Shown here in pieces: positions 8,441 through 18,700 of a stretch of 33,228 nucleotides of DNA. The stretch is from a virus (lineage: Duplodnaviria > Caudoviricetes). The stretch spans positions 1 through 33,228 of IMG/VR virus record IMGVR_UViG_3300027782_000224. One strand, written 5' to 3'. The stretch's first letter is position 1. Every line of letters begins with the position of its first letter. A model generated the notes under the pieces. That model was not told where the DNA came from. It made no database searches and saw only the letters and a list, made by a program, of their open reading frames with translations. Both the position numbers and the translations under genes were made by a program.

Positions 8441-10269
8441 CAGAAGGTTCCTGCATCTACAGTGATGTTATTCATAAATCTTTCTGAACCAGTACAAGAA
8501 ATAACTTGTGAAGTTCCTGCACAATCAGTAACCCAAAGAGCACCAATTTCAACTGCAGCATATGCATTTGCAGTCAATACATTATTAGATTCAGAAACAT
8601 CAGAAGAAATACCAATTCTTCCTGCACTGTCATCCCAGTAAACTGCTGCTTTCTTTGCTGCTCCATTATACCAGTTAAAGAGAATACCAATATCAATATT
8701 TAAATCTGTTGTTGGTGGGATTAATGTAGTTCCAGATTGAACTAATCCCAAATCAATCAAACTATCTTCAACTTTTAAGTTTGTGGTTTCTACTTCAGTA
8801 GTAGCACCTAAAACATAAAGATTGCCACTAACTGTTAAATTACTAGAAACACCTACATTTCCAGTTCCTGCAGAAAGTGTAATTGCAGTTACACCATCAC
8901 TTGCTTGAATATCATTACCACCAACTTTAATATCACCAGCAAATGTAGTAAGAGTATTGCTACTTAAAGTAATATTTGTATTACCATCACTTGCTTGAAT
9001 ATCATTACCACCAACTTTAATATCACCAGCAAATGTAGTAAGAGTATTGCCACTTAAAGTAATATTTGTATTACCATCACTTGCTTGAATATCATTGCCA
9101 TTAATCCTGAGGTCTCCTTCAACAGTAAGATTATTGGTTGATGGATTAAACTTTAATCCAGCATCAACCCTAATGGTTTCTCCTGTTGTAGTAGTAGAAT
9201 TGCTAACAAATGGAACATAATAATCTGCATCTGTTGAAGTTGCAGTTGTATTAATTGTTGTTGCAGTTGTTGCAGTTCCAGCAATTGCTCCAACAAAACT
9301 TGAAGCAGTTATAATTCCAGAAAATATTGCATTATTCCATCTTTTCCCAGAACCACCTAAATTATAGGTTGCATCAGTATTTGGAAGAATATCTGAATTA
9401 ACATCTGCAGCAAATACAACATTATCAGTATTGCTATCTCCAAGATTAATTGTTCCACCTTGGAAAGTTACATTACCAACAAAAGTAGAAATACCAGCAA
9501 CACTTAAGTTTCCATTAATATTAACTGATTTTTCTACTCCTAATCCACCACCCAAAACCAATGAACCATTATTATATGCAGTTGAATCAACTGCACTACT
9601 AATAGTGGTGATGCCACTAATTAATACTTGTCCATCAGCACGAAGAACACCATCTACAATTAAATCTCCACCAATATCTGCTGTAGTTCCAACTCCCAAA
9701 TAAGTAGCTTGTATACCAGCACCATTAACTGTAAGACCATTATTATCAACCACCAACCCATTGAATGTAGAAAGTCCAGTTACATAAAGATTTGCTCCAA
9801 TATTAACTGATTTAGTTACTCCTAAACCACCTCTAATTTGAACTGCACCATTTGAATATGTAGTGGAATCTGTGGTGTCAGTAAAAGTAGTAATACCACT
9901 AAAAGATGGGTTGGAAATACTATTTGACCAACTTAGTACACCATTTCCATCATTAGATAAAATATTTCCAGATGCACCTTGGGTTCCTGGAAGAGTATAA
10001 GTTAAATCTCCAGCAAGATTATCTGGTGATTTTAATGCAATATAATTAGTACCATTATTTGTTCCTTCTACAACTTTTACTGAACTGCCAACAGATGCAG
10101 TTTCTTTGGTCCAGTATCTATGTGAACCAAAGAACTTGTTGTTGTTTGTGGTACTATCAATACCTACATAAAAATCATAACCATCTGTAGTAAGGGCTGG
10201 TTCACCTGCTCTAAGTCCTGGCAGATTTGCTAAAGCACCCCTTTTAAATTGAAGAATTGGTGCTGTCAT
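8440..10269 (-). CDS. Tail fibre-like protein (609 aa) with Mtd_N-like N-terminus and beta repeats
   Basis: N-terminal LQFKRG...LP.LRAGEPALTTD, repeated NGA(V/L)..GGLGV.KSVNI motifs, a 30-aa tandem repeat, and C-terminal DAGTF. Confidence 0.82.
   Translation of the reverse strand: MTAPILQFKRGALANLPGLRAGEPALTTDGYDFYVGIDSTTNNNKFFGSHRYWTKETASVGSSVKVVEGTNNGTNYIALKSPDNLAGDLTYTLPGTQGASGNILSNDGNGVLSWSNSISNPSFSGITTFTDTTDSTTYSNGAVQIRGGLGVTKSVNIGANLYVTGLSTFNGLVVDNNGLTVNGAGIQATYLGVGTTADIGGDLIVDGVLRADGQVLISGITTISSAVDSTAYNNGSLVLGGGLGVEKSVNINGNLSVAGISTFVGNVTFQGGTINLGDSNTDNVVFAADVNSDILPNTDATYNLGGSGKRWNNAIFSGIITASSFVGAIAGTATTATTINTTATSTDADYYVPFVSNSTTTTGETIRVDAGLKFNPSTNNLTVEGDLRINGNDIQASDGNTNITLSGNTLTTFAGDIKVGGNDIQASDGNTNITLSSNTLTTFAGDIKVGGNDIQASDGVTAITLSAGTGNVGVSSNLTVSGNLYVLGATTEVETTNLKVEDSLIDLGLVQSGTTLIPPTTDLNIDIGILFNWYNGAAKKAAVYWDDSAGRIGISSDVSESNNVLTANAYAAVEIGALWVTDCAGTSQVISCTGSERFMNNITVDAGTF
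8893..9100. repeat. 90-bp tandem repeat, ~2.3 copies, in frame (30 aa)
   Basis: Units start at 8893, 8983 and 9073. The two full copies differ at one base. They encode DIQASDGNTNITLS(G/S)NTLTTFAGDIKVGGN. Confidence 0.92.
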
Positions 10270-10293
10270 TTTTTTTTTACTCTATTTTATTAT

Positions 10294-10301
10294 TATTTAT
10301 A
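10294..10301 (-). promoter_or_regulatory. T4-type late promoter TATAAATA
   Basis: Exact consensus ~25 nt upstream of the ATG at 10269. Confidence 0.75.
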
Positions 10302-10303
10302 TG

Positions 10304-10594
10304 TTAAAAACTTCCTGCATCTAAATCAATCCTATTATCTAAATCAACATCTAATACATTTTCAAAATCTGTTGGAAGTCCAGGTTGAATAGTTTCTGTA
10401 GTTGCTGATGATGAAAGAACTTTATCTGGATTTACAAATTCATATTTTTGTGTTGTTGCATTGTACATCAACACATATTGATCATTTACATTAGTGGAAT
10501 CTATATCTATAAGGTCTGATAGTTTGTTTGCCACGTTAACTAAAACCTCTGTTTCTAAATTGCTAAAAAGTTCTACTTCTACTTCTATTGTCAT
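10304..10594 (-). CDS. Acidic virion protein (96 aa)
   Basis: LSDLIDID...YVLMYNATTQKYEF fibre-type motif; ends DLDAGSF; coupled to the upstream stop. Confidence 0.8.
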   Translation of the reverse strand: MTIEVEVELFSNLETEVLVNVANKLSDLIDIDSTNVNDQYVLMYNATTQKYEFVNPDKVLSSSATTETIQPGLPTDFENVLDVDLDNRIDLDAGSF

Positions 10595-10923
10595 TATGAT
10601 GCAGTTCCTTTTACTATAAGGGTTCCTTCTACAGCTTTTGTAGTTATTCCATTACTTGTAATAAGTAAGTCCCAAATATACCTACCAATTGGTATTTGTG
10701 ATGTAGTAATTTTGGACATAGTTAATCTGACCACACCAGTATTATATGGAAATAATGGTGTAACTAAAAAGGTATAATAAGTATTTGCTGTATAATGTTT
10801 TCTTACTTTAGCTGTAAATGTGTAAGTATCTGTGCCAATTGCTGCACCATCAGTTTTTAATTTTAAAGAAGTGACAAAATCAGCACCTTTATCTATAGTT
10901 AAATTAACTGAGGATACTGCCAT
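10594..10923 (-). CDS. Small beta-sandwich virion protein (109 aa), possible fibre adaptor
   Basis: LTIDKGADF...AKVRKHY...GVVRLTM...GRYIWDLLI...VEG.LIV pattern, typical of small phage adaptor proteins. Confidence 0.75.
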   Translation of the reverse strand: MAVSSVNLTIDKGADFVTSLKLKTDGAAIGTDTYTFTAKVRKHYTANTYYTFLVTPLFPYNTGVVRLTMSKITTSQIPIGRYIWDLLITSNGITTKAVEGTLIVKGTAS

Positions 10924-10936
10924 TGGTTTTTATTTT

Positions 10937-10944
10937 TATTTATA
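10937..10944 (-). promoter_or_regulatory. T4-type late promoter TATAAATA
   Basis: Exact consensus overlapping the upstream stop codon, 13 nt before the ATG at 10923. Confidence 0.75.
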
Positions 10945-11872
10945 GATTAATATTTGGAGGATATCCTGCACTTATAAATGGGTATTTTCTTTGAGGACCC
11001 CAAACCAATCTTACTACACCAGCATAACCATTTGAACCAACAAGGTTGGCACCTGTTGCACTATTTGAAGCTGCTCCTCCTCCACCTCCATTTCTACCAC
11101 CAACACCATTTTCTCCATTATAACCACTACCAGAACCTGCAGTTCCCCCTGAGTTTACTCCTCCAGCACCACCTGAAACAAAAGCACTCCCTTCAGGTCC
11201 AACTCCACCACCTCCATAACCTTTTCCAGTACCACTATATCCTGCTCCACCGCCACCACCTCCACCAACTCCTGCAGTACCATTAGCACCATTTGTATTC
11301 CCACCAGTTCCGCCAATTCCAGCATATCCACCAGCTCCTCCACCACCTCCAGCATTTGGATTTACTACAGGTTCGGTATCTCCTCCACCAGTTCCTCCAC
11401 TGCCACCATTACCTCCTCCATAATTTGTAACACCAACACCTATACTATAAGTTCCACCATTTATTGGATTATCTCCTTCTGCAGGATCAAATCTAAAAAT
11501 ACCACCAAGTCCTCCATTTGCTTGTAAAAGAAGTGTTCCACTACCTATTGTTCCTCTAGTAATGGAACTAATTCCTCCATTTGCACCATCCCTAGTACTA
11601 GCACCTCCAGTACCTGCATCACCTACAGTTATAGTTAAAGTTTCTCCTGGATACACATTAAATTGTCCATAACATAAAGCACCTCCACCACCTCCTTGAT
11701 TTCCTTGTTGTCTTCCTGGGTCTGCACCTGCACCTCCTCCTCCACCACCTATACAGACAGCAGAAATTTTGGTTACATTATATGGAACAGTAATTGTAGT
11801 AATACCAGACGAATATAAACTTTGCTTTGTATTATCATTATGAGACCCTGCGAGGATTGATATAACTGCCAT
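10940..11872 (-). CDS. Glycine-rich domain protein (310 aa), candidate receptor-binding tip/adhesin
   Basis: TVP.NVTKISAVCIGGGGGG...GGGGGAL...VYPGETLTITVG..G.GG...G..GVVRLVW is the typical phage Gly-rich domain pattern. Confidence 0.8.
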   Translation of the reverse strand: MAVISILAGSHNDNTKQSLYSSGITTITVPYNVTKISAVCIGGGGGGAGADPGRQQGNQGGGGGALCYGQFNVYPGETLTITVGDAGTGGASTRDGANGGISSITRGTIGSGTLLLQANGGLGGIFRFDPAEGDNPINGGTYSIGVGVTNYGGGNGGSGGTGGGDTEPVVNPNAGGGGGAGGYAGIGGTGGNTNGANGTAGVGGGGGGGAGYSGTGKGYGGGGVGPEGSAFVSGGAGGVNSGGTAGSGSGYNGENGVGGRNGGGGGAASNSATGANLVGSNGYAGVVRLVWGPQRKYPFISAGYPPNINL

Positions 11873-11875
11873 AAT

Positions 11876-14800
11876 TTATCTTATTCCTGCTCCAGAAATT
11901 ACAAATACATTAGTTGCAACACAAACAAGAGTTGCAAGTCCTCTTTGTTCAAAAGTTGCTCCTGCTAATGTGATAGATGAACCTGCAATATATACAGTAA
12001 CACCAGTAACTACAAATGTTTGATTTCCTGAAGTATTATTGAATAATGTAACATTAAATCCTGTAGATAATCCTGTAGGAATAGTCCAAACAGCACTTGC
12101 ACCACTATTAGAAACAATTTTTCCATTATCACCAGATACTAAAGTATAATTTCCATTTTGAGTTGTTACTGCAAATCCTACTGCTGCAGAAGAAGTCCAC
12201 TGAGTTCCAGTATTAGTAGATTGAAGAATTTGACCTGATGACCCTTGTTGTCCAAGGGAATCATAAAGTGCTCCAGTAATATATGCACTACCTTGAACTT
12301 GTAGTTTTTGTGTTGGATTTGTAGTTCCAATACCAAGATTTCCATCACCAGTAAGTATCATCTTATTGATGAGAGATGTACTCACTCCTACTTGCTCAAA
12401 AGTGCCATTAGTTTGTCCAGAACCAACAATAGTATCAAATCTAATTTCTCCTGCAGCTAAACGAATTCTATCTGGACCACTAACACCACCAACAATATTA
12501 TAAGAATCGTTACCTTTAAACATTAAAAGTTCTGATCTTTGTCCTAATCCACTATAATCATATATTCTTTCACCAATATAGGTATGTGTATATTTTCTAT
12601 ATAGATTAATATCTTCATCTTCACCAAAAGCATTTACACCATCATTACAAGTTCCTCTAAAAGCAATATAATTTGACGTAGTGGAAATACCAACTCTTAT
12701 ATTACCATCAACTTGTGTGTCCCCAACAACTTGAAGTGTTGCTTGAGGATTTGTGGTTCCAATACCAAAATTTCCATTAACTGTTGCTGTTGATGAATTA
12801 AGGTCAAGAATTTTAGTATAAGTTCCACCAGAATTCTTCGGATTAAATGTAATTGAACCACTATTGGTTGAATTAAATATTCCAAAGATACCATCAGTTC
12901 CACCATTTGCAATAATATCTCCAGCAGCATCTGTAGTATTAGTAATATAAAGAGTGTTTCCTAGTGTGGTGATACCAGTTATATTTGCAGTACCAAATAC
13001 GTGAAGTTTTGATGTTGGCGCAATTCCAATTCCCAAATTACCAGTAGAAGCATCATAAGCAAAAACTCTTGTGCTTGCTGCCTTAGCAGTTTGGTTACTT
13101 CCAAGTGCTCCAACCATTACTGGATAAAGAACTGATGTTGAAGTATCATCAATAGCATTAATTAAATTGGAAGGTCCTGGTGTACCTGCACCTTGAGGTC
13201 CTTGGAATCCTTGAGGTCCTGATGCACCTTGAGCACCTTGAGGTCCTTGAGGTCCTGATGCACCTTGGGCACCTTGTGGTCCTAATGCACCTTGGGCACC
13301 TTGTGGTCCTTGTGGTCCTGATGCACCTTGGGCACCTTGTGGTCCTTGTGGTCCTTGTGGTCCTCTTACTCCTTGAGGTCCTGGAACTATACTAGGATTT
13401 CCTGGGTCTCCTTGATATCCTTGAGCACCTTGAGGTCCTTGTGGTCCTGATGTACCTTGAGGTCCAATACCCTGTGGTCCTTGGAATCCTTGAGGTCCTC
13501 TTGCTCCTTGAGGTCCTGCAGTTCCTTGAACACCTTGAGGTCCTTGCAATCCTTGAGTACCTTGAGGTCCTTGGAATCCTTGAGCACCTTGAGGTCCTGC
13601 AGTTCCTTGATCACCTTGAGCACCTTGTGGTCCTTGAGGTCCTTGGAATCCTTGTGGTCCTTGTGGTCCTTGTAATCCAATCCCTTGAGGTCCTTGGTAT
13701 CCTTGAGCACCTTGAGGTCCTTGAGGTCCCCTTGCACCTTGAGCACCTTGTGGTCCTTGTGGTCCTTGTGGTCCTATTGGCCCAACAATTCTACCTACAT
13801 CTACCCAGTTGGTTCCATTATAAATCCATAAATCTCCAGTATCTACAGCAATTACACCATCTCCAGTTGACTGAGGATACCAAGGATATACAGAATCATT
13901 TGCAGTTAAAGTTGTGTGTGGTGCTGATGTTGTAACTGAAGGAACAGTTCCAACAATTCTAACAGATGTTCCTGCAACACCTTGAGCACCTTGTGGTCCT
14001 TGTGGTCCCCTTGCACCTTGAGCACCTTGTGGTCCTTGAGGTCCTTGGAATCCTTGTGCACCTTGTGGTCCTTGATAACCTTGAGGTCCTCCAATTCCCT
14101 GTGGTCCTTGTGCACCTTGTGGTCCTTGTGGTCCCTGGGGTCCTTGATATCCCTGAACACCTTGTGGTCCTTGGAATCCTTGATATCCTTGGGGTCCTTG
14201 AAGTCCTTGAGCACCTGCAGCTCCTTGTCCTTGTGGTCCTTGGAATCCTTGTGGTCCTTGGAATCCTTGTGGTCCCCTTGGTCCTTGTGGTCCTTGAACA
14301 CCTTGAGGTCCTTGAACACCTTGAGGTCCTTGAAGTCCTTGGAATCCTTGATATCCTTGGAATCCCTGGAATCCTTGATATCCTTGTGCACCTTGTGCTC
14401 CTTGTGCACCTTGAGGTCCCTGGAATCCTTGAGGTCCTTGAGGTCCTTGAGGTCCTTGAGGTCCTTGGAATCCTTGATTACCTTGTGCGCCTTGAGGTCC
14501 TTGATATCCCTGAGGTCCCTGAGGTCCTCTTACTCCTTGAGGTCCCTGAAATCCTTGGAATCCTTGAGGTCCTTGAGGTCCTTGATATCCTTGAGGTCCT
14601 TGAACACCTTGAGGTCCTCTAACGCCTTGAGGTCCTTGAAGTCCTTGGAATCCTTGGAATCCTTGAGGTCCTTGAGCACCTGTTTGACCTGAAGCATATG
14701 ACCAAACAAAACCTAATCCTGGTCCTAATGATTTTAAAAATTGGTCCTGAGTTGGAGCACCTACACTTCCAGTACTATCAATAATATCAGAGCTAATTCT

Positions 14801-15352
14801 AACTGTAGAAACTCCAATATCTAGTCCATATTGTGGATTTGTGCTACCAATACCCAATCTTTGAGTACTTGGAATGAATACTAATGTATTTGGAGCAATT
14901 TCAGTTATTGAAGAAATACCACCTGCTCTTTCTGTAGTAAATCCAAGATATCTTGGTCTAGAATCTGTGGGTTCTAGTACATCAGTAGCAGAATAAATTG
15001 TAATAGTAGCAATACCAAGTCCTGGTGATACTGTACCTGCAACACTAACGCCTGGACCTACAAAATTAAGTTGGGTAATGGAACCAATTCCAGCATTACC
15101 GCCAATTATATTTCCTTCATCTCTAACTGTTATTCCTTTTTCTACTATACCTGGAGGAATAGCTACCCAATACCTTTCTCCTGGGTATTCTTGTAAACTA
15201 ACCAACATGTATTGGGAACCAACTGGTAAGTTGTTTCCTGGGGGGTCACCCAAATTTGGCTCAGCTTGATTTAAACCAAGATATTGATATCTATCTGCTG
15301 TTAATCTTGATTGAGGAGTTCTTATAACTCTTCTGCTTAAATACTTTGCCAT
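11876..15352 (-). CDS. Collagen-like tail fibre/appendage protein (1158 aa)
   Basis: Two Gly-X-Gln blocks, several GN(L/F)GIGTTNP..L.V.G motifs, and a C-terminal [10 protein letters not shown]...[15 protein letters not shown] domain. Confidence 0.92.
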   Translation of the reverse strand: MAKYLSRRVIRTPQSRLTADRYQYLGLNQAEPNLGDPPGNNLPVGSQYMLVSLQEYPGERYWVAIPPGIVEKGITVRDEGNIIGGNAGIGSITQLNFVGPGVSVAGTVSPGLGIATITIYSATDVLEPTDSRPRYLGFTTERAGGISSITEIAPNTLVFIPSTQRLGIGSTNPQYGLDIGVSTVRISSDIIDSTGSVGAPTQDQFLKSLGPGLGFVWSYASGQTGAQGPQGFQGFQGLQGPQGVRGPQGVQGPQGYQGPQGPQGFQGFQGPQGVRGPQGPQGYQGPQGAQGNQGFQGPQGPQGPQGPQGFQGPQGAQGAQGAQGYQGFQGFQGYQGFQGLQGPQGVQGPQGVQGPQGPRGPQGFQGPQGFQGPQGQGAAGAQGLQGPQGYQGFQGPQGVQGYQGPQGPQGPQGAQGPQGIGGPQGYQGPQGAQGFQGPQGPQGAQGARGPQGPQGAQGVAGTSVRIVGTVPSVTTSAPHTTLTANDSVYPWYPQSTGDGVIAVDTGDLWIYNGTNWVDVGRIVGPIGPQGPQGPQGAQGARGPQGPQGAQGYQGPQGIGLQGPQGPQGFQGPQGPQGAQGDQGTAGPQGAQGFQGPQGTQGLQGPQGVQGTAGPQGARGPQGFQGPQGIGPQGTSGPQGPQGAQGYQGDPGNPSIVPGPQGVRGPQGPQGPQGAQGASGPQGPQGAQGALGPQGAQGASGPQGPQGAQGASGPQGFQGPQGAGTPGPSNLINAIDDTSTSVLYPVMVGALGSNQTAKAASTRVFAYDASTGNLGIGIAPTSKLHVFGTANITGITTLGNTLYITNTTDAAGDIIANGGTDGIFGIFNSTNSGSITFNPKNSGGTYTKILDLNSSTATVNGNFGIGTTNPQATLQVVGDTQVDGNIRVGISTTSNYIAFRGTCNDGVNAFGEDEDINLYRKYTHTYIGERIYDYSGLGQRSELLMFKGNDSYNIVGGVSGPDRIRLAAGEIRFDTIVGSGQTNGTFEQVGVSTSLINKMILTGDGNLGIGTTNPTQKLQVQGSAYITGALYDSLGQQGSSGQILQSTNTGTQWTSSAAVGFAVTTQNGNYTLVSGDNGKIVSNSGASAVWTIPTGLSTGFNVTLFNNTSGNQTFVVTGVTVYIAGSSITLAGATFEQRGLATLVCVATNVFVISGAGIR
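13170..13785 (-). repeat. Collagen block 2 of the 1158-aa protein (with short interruptions)
   Basis: GPIGPQ...GAGTPGPS with GIG and [10 protein letters not shown] interruptions; bounds approximate. Confidence 0.85.
13964..14689 (-). repeat. Collagen block 1 of the 1158-aa protein (~80 triplets)
   Basis: [12 protein letters not shown]...GVAGTS, dominated by [12 protein letters not shown]. Confidence 0.87.
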
Positions 15353-15354
15353 GT

Positions 15355-15390
15355 TTGGGTTCCACTATCCCCCGTTATAAGGTTATTTAT
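15355..15390 (-). promoter_or_regulatory. Late promoter (ATAAATA, 15384-15390) plus conserved 22-nt leader, copy 1
   Basis: AACGGGGGATAGTGGAACCCAA at 15355-15376, identical to 20075-20096. Confidence 0.8.
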
Positions 15391-15791
15391 TACTGATTTA
15401 ATGTTTCTAATATACTGATAGTATATTTCATATGAGTTTGATTTGCTTGATATCCTGCCAAACTTGAAGAAATACCGGCAATAAGAATACTATCAGTTTT
15501 AAGTGCTGTTCTTTCTAAAACTAATCTACCTTCCAATACAATTAATGAATCATTGGGAGGAACAGGTCCTCTATCAATAATTTCAGTTTTTGTGGTAGTT
15601 ATACCTGTTTGACTTCTTGACTCTCTTTTGTGAGTAAAAGTTGCAGTACCAATTCCAGTTCCCCCAACATTAGCAATTTGAGCATATAAAACAATGCTGG
15701 TATATCCAGTTTTTGTTCTATATACTTCTTGTTCTGTAGTGCTTACTATACCAGTTCTGGTAACATAAGTATTTAATGGTTGTAGTGCCAT
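15390..15791 (-). CDS. Small beta-rich virion protein (133 aa), paralog of 5987..6328
   Basis: MALQPLNTYVT...GYTSIVLYAQIANVG...GRLVLE...LETLNQ. Confidence 0.85.
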   Translation of the reverse strand: MALQPLNTYVTRTGIVSTTEQEVYRTKTGYTSIVLYAQIANVGGTGIGTATFTHKRESRSQTGITTTKTEIIDRGPVPPNDSLIVLEGRLVLERTALKTDSILIAGISSSLAGYQANQTHMKYTISILETLNQ

Positions 15792-15797
15792 AATAGG

Positions 15798-18700
15798 TTA
15801 TTGTTGAAGTGCAATAATTAATGGGGTAACTTCTGCCTGCAAGCTCTTACTAAATGCTTGTCCACTAATAGTTCCAGTATTTTGATTGATAGTTATACCT
15901 TCACTAATTCTAAAGTTTCCTCCTTGATCTGTGCTTGTAAATGGAACTTTACCTCCATTTGTAGCAACAATTTGATTATCAGTTATTGGAACTGCGCCTT
16001 TGGAAGGAATAGCATTAACAATATTTATACCTGTACCAATATATTCAAAAGTAATAGAACTTGCAATGATTTTACTGGACTGGTAGAAATAAACAGTTGT
16101 TCCAACACCAAGAAGGTCTGGACGATCTGGTGAAGCATAAGTAATAAACTGATCAAATGTAACAGTTGTAGTTCCTCCAGCAGAAACAGTGGATGCTGAT
16201 ACTGGATTGAAGAAATATTTTTCCATTACTGCATGAGCAGTTGCTTGAGTTCCTGCTCCTGGAGGTGCAGCAATAGTTACTGTGGGAGGTGTTTCTGTAT
16301 ATCCAGTTCCAGAAATCAGAATAGTAACACCACCAATACTTCCATCCTCATTAATATTATCTTCAAAAACAGCAGCTTCTGCTGGAATAAAGAAATCAGA
16401 ATCTTGGGGAAGGTCTATAACAACTTCTACTGGAATTGTTGGGTCATATCCAGAACCAGGGTCATCTATTACAATGCTGCTTACAAAATAATATTGAGTT
16501 CCAATAACTGCAATTTGTCCATCATAAGGTCTTTGTCCTTTTGGAAGAACTCTTTCTGGAACTGCCTGGGTTCCAATACCAATAATGCTTGTAATAATTC
16601 CAGCTCTTGATGTAATAAATGGTTTAATATTTGAAGAATATAATTTAGATTCATCTTTATATTGTGCAAATGAACCAACTCCAGATTGATAACTAACAGG
16701 AACATTAATATTTTGTGCAATATAAGTAGAAATTCCTGCAATATAACTTACTAAAGCAAGTTCTGCATCTTTTACATATCCAGAACTAAATCCAACTGGT
16801 GGTGGGGAAGTTTCTGGAAGATAAGTTAATGAACCATCTTCAGAATCTCTATATGCTAATCCTGCTTCAATAGAACTAATGTTTGAAAGAGTTAAAATAT
16901 CAGAACATAAAGCATCAACAATAATTTTAGAATCCCTTCTGCAAATAGTTCTTCCAATTGGAGAACCACCATAATCAAAGTATGCTCCATCAATACCAAA
17001 GGGACCATTAGTACTTGTAATAAATCCTACTGCTTCTGAAGCAATAAAATCTTTATTTTCTCTTAATAAATCTACTGAATCAATAAATGCTTGAGATGCA
17101 CCAACACCAACATTAATCACTAAACTATCAACATTATCTCCAGTTGGAGCAGTAGTAACTGTTCCTGTATATTGAAGTGGGGTTGCTCCATTTGATACCA
17201 ATCCATAGTTACCAAAGGATGAGTTTGAGTTATTAAGGTCACAAACTCCACCACTATTACAGTATACTGCAGTATCACAGCAAATAGTGAACAGTGAAAC
17301 TAACTGGGCATATCCAAAGTTGGTAATTGAAACCCCAATTCCACCTTGGTTATATTGAGTAAATGCATCTAGAACCATGGATTTAAATCCACCTGCTCTA
17401 CTGCCATCAATTCTCATTCCAATACTATCTGGAACAAAGTTTGTGCAGTTCTGAACATAAGGTGACTGCCAGTTTTCTTCTGTACCATCAGCATATCCAT
17501 ATCCCATAGTTGGGAATGAAACCATAGCTTTTCCAGGATTGCTTGGTCCAACAAATGATTGTTGGGAAATATAACAACCTCTCTTAACATAATAAAGGTC
17601 TGTTGGGTCTTTTGTTGTAACAAGAGTTCTTCTTAAATCTTCTCCAACAACAGCAACTCTTTCATTAAGTTTAATTGGACCATCTTCTACATAAAGACCA
17701 GCATAAACTTTAATAGTATCTCCTGGTTGTGCTAAAGATGCTGCTTTCTTAATAGTTAAGAATGCATCTCCAGGACCAGTTCCTCCATTAAAATCACTTC
17801 CCAATTTATTAACAAACCATTCATTACCAATTCTTGGTCCTGGTGGTTGCCAAGTTAATTGTCCTGCTGGATAATTAACATTTGGTGCTACTGCTGGACC
17901 ACCATCAATAATAGTAGTAACAATACCTACACAAGAATAAATTGCAGAAACTACATTAGAACATCCATTTGGATTTGTATTTGAATCTCCATCTGGTGCA
18001 AGTGTGGTATCAAATAATTGTGTAATACCCCTAATTGCAGGAGTTCTATTAATTCCGATTAAATTGCCAGGAGTAATTGCTTGAGTAATAATTGCAATAA
18101 AAGTTGCAATTGCTGAGGCAACATTAGCACAATTTGTAGCACCATCTATAATTAAATTATTATTATAAACTTGGGTTCTTGTTGTTCCATATGTCCCACC
18201 CAAAAGAAGAACTGCATTTTCATTTCTCATCACATAGGTTGCTATATCTGCAACCCAATTATAAACTTCTATAGATTGTGCTTCTTCACCAGCAAGAAGA
18301 GTTGGATTATCAATATAAAACTTAGCAGCATCATATACTCTATCATTTCCAGTGTATCTTAAGTTATAAATGATAGCATCTAATATTAAGAGAACATCAT
18401 CAACACATCTTTGATTTCCAGTTGGAATTACAAATGATGGATTATCAGCAAGCATCCTACCAACTGCTATTTCAGCAATGAAGGTCTTGTTTACTTCAAT
18501 TAAATTGGAAGCATCATAGAACCTACCAAAGTATGGACCATACTGATAAGATGTTGGGAACTGTACATTATTGATGATGTACCTAGCCATTGAGGCAATG
18601 GTACTAATTCCAGCAACTGCTGCTGTTTTTACATATCCAGCAGAAAGACCTGATGGAATTGATGGAGAATCATTTAAGTATTGTAGTGCTCCATTATTAT

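Noticed and set aside
6333-10269. Diversity-generating retroelement suggested by Mtd_N-like domains
   Set aside because: No reverse transcriptase in the window and no TR/VR pair with adenine-specific mismatches. The paralogs differ at all base types.
10269-10278. 10-nt homopolymer at the start of the 609-aa gene as a phase-variation tract
   Set aside because: It lies essentially upstream of the CDS, cannot shift the frame, and is unremarkable in AT-rich DNA.
13180-14692. Overlapping alternative-frame ORFs in the 1158-aa gene
   Set aside because: Same collagen shadow effect.
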